DNA of 64,000 nt, from NCBI RefSeq assembly GCF_009914755.1, contig NC_060947.1; one strand, 5' to 3'. Positions within the stretch are counted from its first letter, which is position 1. Each line of letters begins with the position of its first letter. The notes under the pieces were generated by a model that saw only the letters and a list, made by a program, of their open reading frames with translations, did no database searches and was not told the DNA's origin. Positions 1 to 12,400 of this stretch are shown here, in pieces. This DNA is from the human T2T-CHM13v2.0 reference genome, Homo sapiens. The position numbers and the translations under genes are program-made.

Positions 1-715
1 GAAAACAATAAAAACAAAACCCAATTAAAAAATGGGCAAAGGACCTGAATAGACATTTTTTCTATAGAAGACATACAAATAGTCAAAAGATATATGTTAA
101 GATGCTCAACATCACTAATCATCAGGAAAATGCAAATAAAAACCACAATGAAATATCCCCTCACATGTGTTAAGATGGCTATTAAAAAATAAACTATTTT
201 TGTAAAAAATATGATAAATGTTGGTGAGGATGTGGAGGTATTAGAACCGTTGTACACTGTTGGTGGAAATGTAAAGTGGTGCAATTGTTATGGAAAACAG
301 TATAGAGATTTCCCAAAAAATATTAAAAACAAAAGTACTATATGATGCATCAATCCCACCTTTATGTATATTTTCAAAAATTTGAAATTAGGATCTTAAA
401 GACATGTGTGTACTCTCACATCCATTGCAAATTTATTCACCATAGCCAAGATATGGAAACAAACTAAATGTCTATCAAGGGATAAATGGATAAAGAATAT
501 ATGGTGTGTGTGTATATATATATGTGTGTGTGTATATATATATATATACATTAAAATATATATGTATTTGGAGGTTGAATAATATTCCATGATATATATG
601 GCATATTTATATCATGGAATATTATGTATAGCATATATATGCCATGTATAATGGAATATTTTATATACTATATATGGCATATATATGTATATCATAGAAT
701 ATTATTCAATTTTAA

Positions 716-757
<42 letters not shown>
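716..757. repeat. (CA)n microsatellite within TA/CA low-complexity sequence
   Basis: About 20 CA units are directly visible. Confidence 0.95.
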
Positions 758-758
<1 letters not shown>

Positions 759-1136
759 ATATCCTGGCTATGGTGAAATTTATTCACCATAGCCAAGATA
801 TGGAAACAACCTAAATGTCTATCAAGGGATAAGTGGATAAAGAATATATGGTATTATACATATGTATTTTTTGAATACATATATATTTGAAGGTTAAATA
901 ATATTCCGTGATATACATATATATATGGAATATTATTTAACCTTCAAAAAGACGAAAATTCTCCCATATGTGATAACATGAAACCTAGAGGACATTATGC
1001 TAAATGAAATAAACCAGACACAAAAACACAAGTACTGCATGATCTCACTTATAAGTGGAATCTTAAAAAATTAAACTCATAGAAGCAAAGAATAGACTAG
1101 TGATTGCCAGGGGTTGTGGGGAGGGGGAAATGAGGA

Positions 1137-1568
1137 TGTAAAAGAAATAGCCTGTGGCATGGCAAGTGTAATGCCATATTGAAGTGAAACCACCATGATG
1201 ACCCTTGTTTGACTCTGGCATACCAAGGTGTTTTGCAGCAAGTTCTTTAGACAATGCCTGTGGCATAGATAACATCTCATAAAGATGCTTATCTAACTTC
1301 CTTAGTTGTCATCAGTTTTCGCAAGAAAGTCTGGGATGTGATCAGCTGCACGTGTCTTTACCCTAAAAGCTTGCTGTATAAAAGATACTTTCTGGAGAGT
1401 AGGTGCTGGGATTCACTGTGTTGCAGCCATCCAAGGCAACACTTCTGTTCTTAAGTCCCTATTAAACATTTCTTTCTGAGAAACTGGATTTGTCAGCCTC
1501 TTTCTTGGACCTCTCATCTCCCTTGGCTGTTGGGGGTAGATCTGCATATACCTGCTCACCTTGGAACA
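1137..1568 (+). mobile_element. Solo ERV LTR (family uncertain) inserted in the L1 3'UTR
   Basis: TG...CA termini (tgtaaaag...ttggaaca), a TATA-like tataaa and an ATTAAA signal. It splits the L1 motif ggggaaatgagga|gggaagttgctg. Confidence 0.7.
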
Positions 1569-1646
1569 GGGAAGTTGCTGTTCAGTGGGTACAAAGTTTC
1601 AATTATGCCAGATGAATAAGTTCTAGGGATCTATTTAATATTATAC

Positions 1647-2109
1647 TGTAGGAGATGGGTGAGAGTGGTGGGAGAAGCTATAGGGAAAGGAGCAGGCCTT
1701 CTGAAAGGTCAGAAGGCTCTGCATAGCTTCAAGGGAGAATAAGCTGAAGGCAGCTGTTCTCTGAAACTGAGGCAGAGGGCAAGGAGTAGGTACAAGGAAG
1801 TGTAGGGGAATTTATCTTAAATAGGCTTGTTTACTTACCTTGTCTGGAAACCGACCTTTGATCATCAGCGCACAAGACTGCTCCCTGAATGGGGGAACAA
1901 TAATATTAATTACCCACAGATCGTGTTGGCTCCAGGCTTTTGGCATTATGTCTGTACTGAATAAAATCAAGCAGCTCCAGCTTATCGAGACTGCTCTTTC
2001 TTTGGCCCTTAGTGCCGGGCAGTCCCCTAGCTGCTCTTACACTGCATACCTGTGTCTAAGTACTCCTTTCATCTGTCACTCAGCCAGCATCTGCAGGACA
2101 GAACCAGCA
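1647..2109 (+). mobile_element. Solo LTR22-family (HERV-K HML-5) LTR
   Basis: Starts tgtaggagatgggtgagagtggtgggagaagctataggg and ends ggacagaaccagca. Contains AATAAA. Near-perfect 6-bp TSD ttatac/ttgtac. Confidence 0.8.
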
Positions 2110-2583
2110 TTGTACAACATTGTGCCTATGGTTAATATTGTATTGTGCATTTAAAACATTTAAGAGTAGATCTTACAATGTTTTCTTACCACAAAAACTA
2201 ACAAAACACAAATGAGCACAAAGAAGCTTTTGGGAGTGATGAATATGTTTATTACCTTGATTGTGATGATGGTTTCACAGGTGCATGCCTATGTTCAAAC
2301 TCACAGAATTGTATAATTAAATATGTGCTGTATTTTGTATATCATCTATACCTTAATGAGTTAGTTATAAAAAGAAAAGGAAATGTCTGTCATTTCAAGC
2401 AGATATTATTTCAATCTAGGATATCCAAAAGGATAAATTGAAAGTGAGTAGAAATCATATATCTGTAAGTTTAAAATTTTTCCAATTATAATATAAATTT
2501 TTAGAAAATAGCTTTTTCAGATACCAAAAATATGATGAGGCAAGGTCTGGACCATAACAGTACCAACAACAAAACTTTCTTCA

Positions 2584-2912
<329 letters not shown>

Positions 2913-3161
2913 GAAATATTTTCTTAAGATAAATTCCAAGAAGTGAGATTATTTCATCAATGTATTTAAATGTTATGGCCATTTATAAACAATCAACAAA
3001 TGTTAAAAAAGAATTATAAACAATAGTAGTAACAATGTGCTTTAAGATTAAATTACTTTTTCTTCCTTTCCAAGTTTTTTTGAGATTTTTTTATGCAATA
3101 AATAACAGTAAAAAATGCATTAATTACTGTTGTAGCACAATTTTTCATTAACAGTCTTTAG

Positions 3162-3443
<282 letters not shown>

Positions 3444-3806
3444 GTCTTTTTTTCCCCTTCTTTCCCATTCAATTTATCTGAACAATTTTTCTCAGTGCTC
3501 TGAAATGCTTTCTTAATTTACCATCTGGCTTTTGTGGGATAAAGCAGACTCATTTGAATGCACATATTTATACTACATTGCCTATAGTAGATATATGCCC
3601 ATTCTATGTGTGCATATATACAAATTTATATCTGTGTATATTTCATTTTTGAAGAGATGGAGGACATGAAACTCTAGAAAAATAATTTAAAATAAATACA
3701 CTGTAGACAATCTTCCAAAATATTAAAAATATAGTAACTTTCAAAGACCACTGTATAAAATGAAGTTCAAGATAATACATTCCATTTAAAACAAAATTTT
3801 GAAGAA

Positions 3807-3807
<1 letters not shown>

Positions 3808-3839
<32 letters not shown>

Positions 3840-3970
3840 TAGACGGTGTTTCACTCTTGTTGCCTAGGCTGCAGTGCAATGGCGTGGATCTTGGCTCACT
3901 GCAACCTCTGCCTCTTGGGTTCAAGCGATTCTCCTGCCTCAGCCTCCTGAGTAGCTGAGATTACAGGCAT
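3808..3970 (-). mobile_element. Alu right arm only, with (ATT)n-derived tail
   Basis: (tta)n tail then agacggtgtttcactcttgttgcc...ttacaggcat. No left arm. Confidence 0.9.
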
Positions 3971-4171
3971 AAAACCATCTGCTACTGAGAGAAAATCCCT
4001 GAATACTGAACCCCTCATTTATAAACATTCAAATGAAAGTTTAATTGGTAATTATAGCATCAAAAACAAACTTAAAGCAGTAAGTTCTGGTTTGATCTCT
4101 AGGACTTAGTAAGCAATTCTCAAGCTATTTATTTGTAAATAGTGATAGCTTCCATTAGAAAGTAATGCACT

Positions 4172-4779
<608 letters not shown>

Positions 4780-4789
4780 GTAATACACA

Positions 4790-5230
4790 GCACGCTCGAG
4801 GACTCACAAGATGACGGCAACCGGTGGGGAGACGGGCTCGAGAACTCGCGAGATGACGGTGGCCATTGAGGAGCTGGGCTTGAGGACTCGCGAGATGACT
4901 GCGGCCAATGGGGAGCCAGGCTTGAGGACTCGCGAGATGACACCTGCCGGTGGGACGCGGGCTTGAGGACTCACGAGGCGATGGCGGCTGGTGGGGAGCA
5001 TGGCGGCCCTTGCTAGGGGCGTTCTACAGTGCGACTGAGGAGGCCCAGGGTGTCCCGTTTGTTTCATCACCAGCAAGAGGCAGGCAGTGGTGCTGTCCGC
5101 GGTGGCATTCTTGGAGTGACTGGCGACAGAATACGTTCGTGACGGAACCGGGGTCTGAGGAGAGCTCTCCGCCTGCAGAAATGAGTGAACAGACTGCTGC
5201 ATTAGATACCTCGTCGCCACGCAATAAGGC
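4790..5230 (+). promoter_or_regulatory. Small CpG-island-like candidate promoter/5'UTR of the SIAH1 copy
   Basis: Most conspicuous CpG-rich tract outside transposons. Three intact CTCGCGAGA motifs and ATGGCGGC YY1-like cores. Activity is inferred, not shown. Confidence 0.55.
4794..5002 (+). repeat. CpG-rich tandem array of five ~42-bp units
   Basis: Units start at 4794, 4836, 4878, 4920 and 4961 with consensus GCT(C/T)GAGGACTCGCGAGATGAC...GG. Confidence 0.92.
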
Positions 5231-6014
5231 GCCTGCCCGTTCTGACAGGACTGTATCCAACAATGACTTGGCAAGTATCTTCCAGTGTCCGGTCTGCTTA
5301 GACTATGCGTTACCACCAATTCTTCAGTGTGAGAGAGGCCATCTTGTTTGTAGAAGCTGTCACTCAAAGCTCACATCTTGTCCAACTTGCCGCGGCCCCT
5401 TGGGATTGATTCGCAACTTGGCTATGGAGAAAGTGGCTAAGTTTGTACTTTTCCCGTGTAGATATGCCTGTTTGGGATGTGAAATCACTCTGCCACACAC
5501 AGAAAAAGCAGATCACGAAGAAGTCTGTGAGTTTAGGCTTTATTCCTGCCCGTGCCCTGGTACTGTCTGTAAATGGCAAGGCACCATGGATGCTATAATG
5601 CCTCATCTGACTAAAATGCATGAGTACATTACAACAATAGAGGGAGAGGATATAATTTTCCTTGCTACCAGCATTAATCTTGTTGGCGCTTACGATTGGG
5701 TGATGATACAGTCCTGTTTTGGCGTTCGCTTCATGTTAGTCTTGCAGAAACAGGAAGATCACAATGGCGGCCAGCAGTTCTTCGCAGTCGTACAGCTGCT
5801 GGGAGCAAGCAAGGAAGCTGAAAATTTTGCTTACCAACTTGAGCTAAAGGGTAATCGGCGACGACTGACTTGGGAAGCGACTCCTCTACCTATTCATGAG
5901 GACATAGCAAAAGCCATTAAGAATAGAGACTGCTTAATCTTTGACGCCAACACTGCGCTGCTTTTTGCAGAAAATGACGATTTAAGCATCAATGTAGTTA
6001 TTAGTAAGCGTTGA
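5181..6014 (+). CDS. SIAH1P1: SIAH1-like RING E3 ubiquitin ligase, intact 277-aa ORF; retrocopy probably annotated as a pseudogene
   Basis: MSEQTAA...SNNDLASIFQCPVCLDY...CERGHLVCRSC...CPTC (C3HC4 RING), two Sina zinc fingers and a TRAF-like substrate-binding domain (RRRLTWEATP). About 73% identical to my recalled human SIAH1 sequence by hand alignment, with no indels after SNNDLAS. The locus symbol is recalled, not verified. Confidence 0.85.
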   Translation: MSEQTAALDTSSPRNKAPARSDRTVSNNDLASIFQCPVCLDYALPPILQCERGHLVCRSCHSKLTSCPTCRGPLGLIRNLAMEKVAKFVLFPCRYACLGCEITLPHTEKADHEEVCEFRLYSCPCPGTVCKWQGTMDAIMPHLTKMHEYITTIEGEDIIFLATSINLVGAYDWVMIQSCFGVRFMLVLQKQEDHNGGQQFFAVVQLLGASKEAENFAYQLELKGNRRRLTWEATPLPIHEDIAKAIKNRDCLIFDANTALLFAENDDLSINVVISKR

Positions 6015-6276
6015 AATGGCAGTGGAACATTTTCTAGCCAGTGTTTAAAACTGTTTAATTTCACAGAAAATAAGCCACCCATCTGCCTGCCAACCTGAAA
6101 CTCTTCACAAGTATAAGCTCAACAAATAGAGATAAAAAGAAAGACTGTTGAATACAGGAAACAGTTGTGTGTAGTAACATTAGTATATATAAAGATGAGC
6201 ATATTTTGCATTAAGAAAGCATTATAAAATAATTTTGAATTTTGTGTTGTAGATTGATTGTATTGTTGAAAAATAA

Positions 6277-6623
<347 letters not shown>

Positions 6624-6929
6624 GTTTTTTTTTTTTTTTTTTCCTTTAACTGACAAGCCATTTTGAGTGGTCATGGACCACTGCTTTTCCGCTTTGTGAG
6701 TCAATACGTAGTGCTACTATGTGGGGTTTTTTTGTGTGTATTTGCTAGTTTTTTCTTCTAGTTTTTCATTAAATAGATTTGACTTTCTGTTCTGTAATTC
6801 AGGTTGCATCTCACTGTTTTGTACCGTTTTAAAGTTAGTGTCTTTTGATATGCATAATTGTTTATGGTAAAATTTATAACATGTGTTCCATACATGTTCT
6901 CTTTTCCCCCATTAATTGGTTCATTGGAA

Positions 6930-7227
6930 ATTTTTTTTTTTTTTTTGGACAGAGACTCTGTCGCCCAGGCTGGAGTGCAGTGGCGAGATTTTGGCTCACT
7001 GCAACCTCCGCCTCCTGGCTGGGTTCAAGCAATTCTCCTGTCTCAGCATCCCAAGTAGCTGGGACTACAGGCGCCCGCTACCACACCTGGCTAATTTTTG
7101 TATTTTTAGTAAAGACGGGGTTTCACCATATTGGTCAGGCTGGTCTTGAACTCCTGATCTCAGGTGGTCCACCCTCCTCGGCTTCCTAAAGTACTGGGAT
7201 TACAGGTGTGAGCCACCATGCCCGGCC
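6930..7227 (-). mobile_element. AluS inside the SIAH1 copy 3'UTR
   Basis: Full Alu with degenerate TSD gaaattttt/gaaatatttt. Confidence 0.93.
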
Positions 7228-7702
7228 AGAAATATTTTAAAATCAGCTGTTTTGTGAAGATAGGAGTTCCAGAAAGTAAAGGTGACATCGGAAAAATTAC
7301 CAAAAGCTATTTAAAACATCTATAAGATGGTCTTCCCATCTTTCTCTCTTCTACAGATGAGTCATGTCTTTGAGATTAATTTTTGAAAGCTTAGAGAATA
7401 AATAGATGTTTACAAATACTGAAAATCATTCCTTTTACAAGTATCTTGGACAAATTACGTTTAAAATTTGTTCTTGTGTTTATTGATTGTAAAGGCATTG
7501 TCATGCACAGAACTTAATTAAAAGCAAATCATTTGTTTAAAAAGGCACTTTGCAAAAACTGTTTTGGTCTTTCATAATTCTCATTAAAAGAATATATGGC
7601 AAATTAAAAAAGAAAGTAAAGAGAATAAATGTTGTAGCTTGGCTCAGTAAACGGCTCTAGCAGCAATGCTGGACTCGTCTTTAAGAAGTGTATAAAATAC
7701 AC

Positions 7703-8936
7703 ATTTTATTTATCCAGTCTATCATTGATGGGCATTTGAACTCATTCCATGTCTTTGCTATTGTGAATAGTGCTGCAATGAACATATACATACATGTATC
7801 TTTATAATAGAATGATATATATTCCTTTGGGTATATATCCAGTAATAGGATTGCTGGGTCAAATGGTATTTCTGCTTCTAGATCTTTGAGGAATCGCCAC
7901 ACTGTCTTCCACAATGGTTGAACTAATTTGCATTCACACCAACATTGTAAAAGCATTCCTTTTTCTCCACAACCTGGTCAGGATCTGTTTCTTGACTTTT
8001 CAATAATTGCCATTCTGACTGGTGTGAGATGGTATCTCATTGTGGTTTTGATTTGCATTTCTCTAATGATCAGTGATGTTGAGCTTTTTTTTCATATGCT
8101 TGTTGGCTGCATGAATGTCTTTTGAGAAGTGTCTGTTCATGTTGTCCTTTGCCCACTTTTTAATGGGGTTTTTTTTTCTTCTAAATTTGTTTACGTTTCT
8201 TACAGATGCTGGATATTAGACCTCTGTCAGATGGGTAGATTGCAAAAATTTCCTCTCATTCTGTAGGTTGTCTGTTCACGCTGATGATAGTTTCTTTTGC
8301 TGTGCGGAAGCTCTTTAGATTAATTAGATCCCATTTGTCAATTTTGGCTTTTGTTGTTAATTGCTTTTGGTGCTTTTATCATGAAATCTTTGTCCATGCC
8401 TATGTCCTGAATGGTATTGCCTAGATTTTCTTCTAGGGTTTTTATCATTTTGGGTTTTGCAGTTAAGTCTTTAATCCATCTTGAGTTAATTTTTGTATAA
8501 GGTGAAAGGAAGGGGTCCAGTTTCAGTTTTCTGCATATGACTAGCCAGTTCTCCCAGCACCATTTATTGAACAGGGAATATGCAGCCATAAAAAGGAATG
8601 AGATCATATCCATTGCAGGGACAGGGATGGAGCTGGAAGCCATTATCCTCAGCAAACTAATGCAGGAACAGAAAACCAAACACAGCATATTCCATAAGTG
8701 GAAGCTGAACGATGAGAGCACATGGACACCTGGGGGGAACAACACACACTGGGGCCTGTTAGGGAGGTGGGAGAAGGGAGAGCATCAGGAAGAATAGCTA
8801 ATGGATACTGGACTTAATACCCAGGTGGCAGGATGATCTGTGCAGCAAACCACCATGGCACATGTTTACCTATGTAACAAACCTGCACATCCTGCATATG
8901 TGCCCCAGAACTTAAAATAAAAGTTGATGAAAAAAC
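7703..8936 (+). mobile_element. 5'-inverted (twin-primed) truncated L1PA, older L1PA10-13-like
   Basis: Minus-strand ORF2 end at 7703-~8577 fused to plus-strand 3'UTR at ~8578-8936. TSD agtgtataaa(a/g)tacac at 7687 and 8937. Confidence 0.9.
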
Positions 8937-9451
8937 AGTGTATAAAGTACACATTTTAAAAAGAAAAGCACCAATGCAGGGAAAGGCATGAAAAGTGGTA
9001 AATGAGAGGTACAATTTGTAAGTAATGCAGCTCAGGGGAAAAAAACAAAACCCTCATTTGGACAATCCTAACAAAGAAACTGAGACTTGGAGCATTCATC
9101 TTTAGGTGAGAGATTCATAACCAAAGTCTTGTAGCTGGTAAGTTGTATCACAGTATAATTTGTTTTTTTTAAAAATTTCAGTGATACGTGATTATTTACT
9201 TTCATAACTTAAAAAAGTTACAAACCAGTTAGAGAAAAGCAATATTTGGATAAACCTACACATGTCACACAAGATTTGTGGACTTTATAATAAGGAAGCC
9301 TAATCACTAATTCAAATACTATGACATGCTTGCAAGAATTAAAAGTGCATATCTTCCATTCTCTTTTAATTCTAGTCAGTTTTATATCTAGCATATAATT
9401 AGTCATTGGTTCCTTTCTCCAACTCACCTGTTTAATTGGTATTGCATTTTT

Positions 9452-12400
9452 TTTTATTTTATTATACTTTAAGTTCTGGGATACATGTGCAGAATGTGCA
9501 GTTTTGTTACATAGGTATACATGTGCCATGCTGATTTGCTGCACCCATCAACCCATCATCTACATTAGGTATTTTTCCTAATGCTTTCCCTCTCCTAGGC
9601 CCCCACCCCCCGACAGGCCCTGCTGTGTGATGTTCCCTTCCCTGTGTCCATGTTCTCATTGTTCAACTCCCATTTATGAGTGAGAACATGCGGTGTTTGG
9701 TTTTCTGTTCCTGTTATTTTGCTGAGAACAATGGCTTCCAGCTTCATACATGTCCCTGCGAAGGACATGAACTCAACCTTTTTTATGGCTGCACAGTATT
9801 CCATGGTGTATATGTGCCACATTTTCTTTATCCAGTCTGTCATTGATGGGCATTTGGATTGGTTCCAAGTCTTTGTTCTTGTGAATAGGGCTGCAATAAA
9901 CATACGTGTGCATGTGTCTTTATAGTAGAATGATTTATAGTCCTTTGGGTATATACCCAGTAATGGGATTGCTGGGTCAAATGGTATTTCTGGTTCTAGA
10001 TCCTTGAGGAATCACCACACTGTCTTCCACAATGGTTGAACTAATTTACACTCCCACCAACAGTGTAAATGCATTCCTATTTCTCTATATCCTCTCCAGC
10101 ATCTGTTGTTTCCTGACTTTTTAATGATCGCCATTCTAACTGGTGCAAAATGGTATCTTGTTGTGGTTTTGATTTGCATTTCTCTAATGACCAGTGATGA
10201 TGAGCGTTTTCTCATATGCTTATTGGCCACATAAGTATCTTCTTTTGAGAAGTGTCTGTTCTTATCCTTTGCCCACTTTTTGATGAGATTGTTTGTTTTT
10301 TTTTTTCTTGTAAATTTGTTTAAGTTCCTTGTAGATTCTGGATATTAGCCCTTTGTCAGATGGATAGATTGCAAAAATTTTCTCCCATTCTGTAGGTTGC
10401 CTGTTCACTCTGATGATAGTTTCTTTTGCGGAAGCTCTTTAGTTTAATTAGATCCCATTTGTCAATTTTGGCTTTTGTTGCCATTGCTTTTGGTGTTTTA
10501 GTCATGAAGTCTTTGCCCATGCCTGTGTCCTCAATGGTATTGCCTAGGGCTTCTTCTAGGGTTTTTATGGTTTTAAGTCTTACGCTTAAGTCTTTAATGC
10601 ATCTTGAGTTAATTTTTCTATAAGGTGTAAGGAAGGGGTCCAGTTTCAGTTTTCTGCATATGGCTGGCCAGTTTTCCCAACACCGTTTATTAAATAGGGA
10701 ATCCTTTCCCCATTGCTTGTTTTTGTCAGGTTTGTCAAAGATCAGATGGTTGTAGATGTGCGGCATTATTTCTGAGGCATCTGTTCTGTTCCATTGGTCT
10801 ATATATCTGTTTTGGTATCAGTACCATGCTCTTTTGGTTACTGTAGCCTTGTAGTTTAGTTTGAAGTCAGGTAGTGTGATGCCTCCAGCTTTGTTCTTTT
10901 TGCTTAGTATTGTCTTGGCTATACGGGCTCTTTTTTGGTTCCATATGAAATTTAAAGTAGTTTATTCTAATTCTCTGAAGAAAGTCAATGGTAGATTGAT
11001 GGGGATAGCATTGAATCTATAAATTACTTTGGGCAGTATGGCCAGTTCCATGATACTGGTCCTTCCTATCCATAAGCATGGAATATTTTTCCATTTGTTT
11101 GTGTCCTCCCTTATTTCCTTGAGCAGTGGTTTATAATTCTCCTTGAAGAGGTCCTTCACATCCCTTGTAAGTTGTATTCCTAGGTATTTTATTCTGTTTG
11201 TAGCAATTGTGAATGGGAGTTCATTCATGATTTGGCTCTCTGTCTATTATTCGTGTATAGGAATGCTTGTGATTTTTGCACATTGGTTTTTTATCCTGAG
11301 ACTTTGCTGAAGTTGCTTATTAGCTTAAGGATATTTTGGGCTGAGACGATGGGGTTTTCTAAGTATAGAATCATGTCATCTGCAAACAGAGATGATTTGA
11401 CTTCCTCTCTTCCTATTCGAATACCCTTTATTTCTTTCTCTTGCCTGATTGCCCTGGCCAGAACTTCCAATACTGTCTTGAATACGAGTGGTGAGAGAGA
11501 GTATCCTTGTCTTGTGCCAGTTTTCAAAGGGAATGCTTCCAGCTTTTGCCCATTCAGTATGATACTGGCTGTGGGTTTGTCATAAACAGCTCTTATTATT
11601 TTGAGATACGTTCCATCAATACCTAGTTTATTAAGAGTTTATAGCATGAAGTGGTGGGATTTGATAAAATCCAAAGGCCTTTCCTGCATCTATTGAGATA
11701 ATAATATGGTTTTTGTAATTGGTTCTGTTAATGTCATGGATTACATTTATTGATTTGCATATGTTGAACTAGCCTTGCATCCCAGGGATGAAGCTGACTT
11801 GATCGTAGTGGATAAGCTTTTTGCTGTGCTGCTGGATTCGGTTTGCCAGTATTTTATTGAGGATTTTCACATTGATATTCATCAGGGATATTGGCCTGAA
11901 ATTTTCTTTTTTTGTTGTGTCTCTGCCAGGTTTTGGTATCAGGATGATGCTGGCCTCATAAAATGAGTTAGGGAGGAGTCCCTCTTTTTCTATTGTTTGG
12001 AATTGTTTCAGAAGGAATGGTACCAGCTCCTCTTTGTACCTCTGGTAGAATTCAGCTGTGAATTCATCTGATCCTGGGCTTTTTTTGGTTCGCAGGCTAT
12101 GAATTACTGCCTCAATTTCAGAACTTGTTATTGGTCTATTCAGGAATTCGACTTCTTCCGAGTTCAGCCTTGGGAGGGTGTATGTGTCTAGGAATTTGTC
12201 CATTTCTTCTATATTTTCTAGGTTATTTGCATAGAGGTGTTTATAATATTCTCTGATGGTAGTTTGTATTTCTGTGGGATCAGTGGTGATATCCCCTATA
12301 TCATTTTTTATTGTGCCTATTTGATTATTCTCTCTTTACTTCTTTGTTAGTCTGGCTAGCAGTCTATCTATTTTATTAATCTTTTCAAAAAAACAGCTGC

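Larger units (their letters stand above)
1..2375 (+). mobile_element. Old L1 (L1MA/L1MB-type) ORF2 end and 3'UTR, interrupted by two solo LTRs and an internal rearrangement
   Basis: L1 3' motifs: aaaaatgggcaaaggacctgaatagacattt, gaaaatgcaaataaaaaccacaatga, ctagaggacattatgctaaatgaaataaaccag, ttgattgtgatgatggtttcacaggtg. The sequence resumes collinearly after each LTR. Confidence 0.85.

Noticed and set aside
4794-5002. CRISPR-like repeat/spacer appearance
   Set aside because: Primate DNA with no cas genes, and the apparent spacers are homologous to each other. It is a minisatellite.
5181-6014. Identity as canonical SIAH1 or SIAH2, and lack of introns as proof of retroposition
   Set aside because: Too diverged from the highly conserved SIAH1 and lacks the long SIAH2 N-terminus. 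The SIAH1 CDS is itself essentially single-exon, so retroposition rests on the UTR and A-tail evidence.
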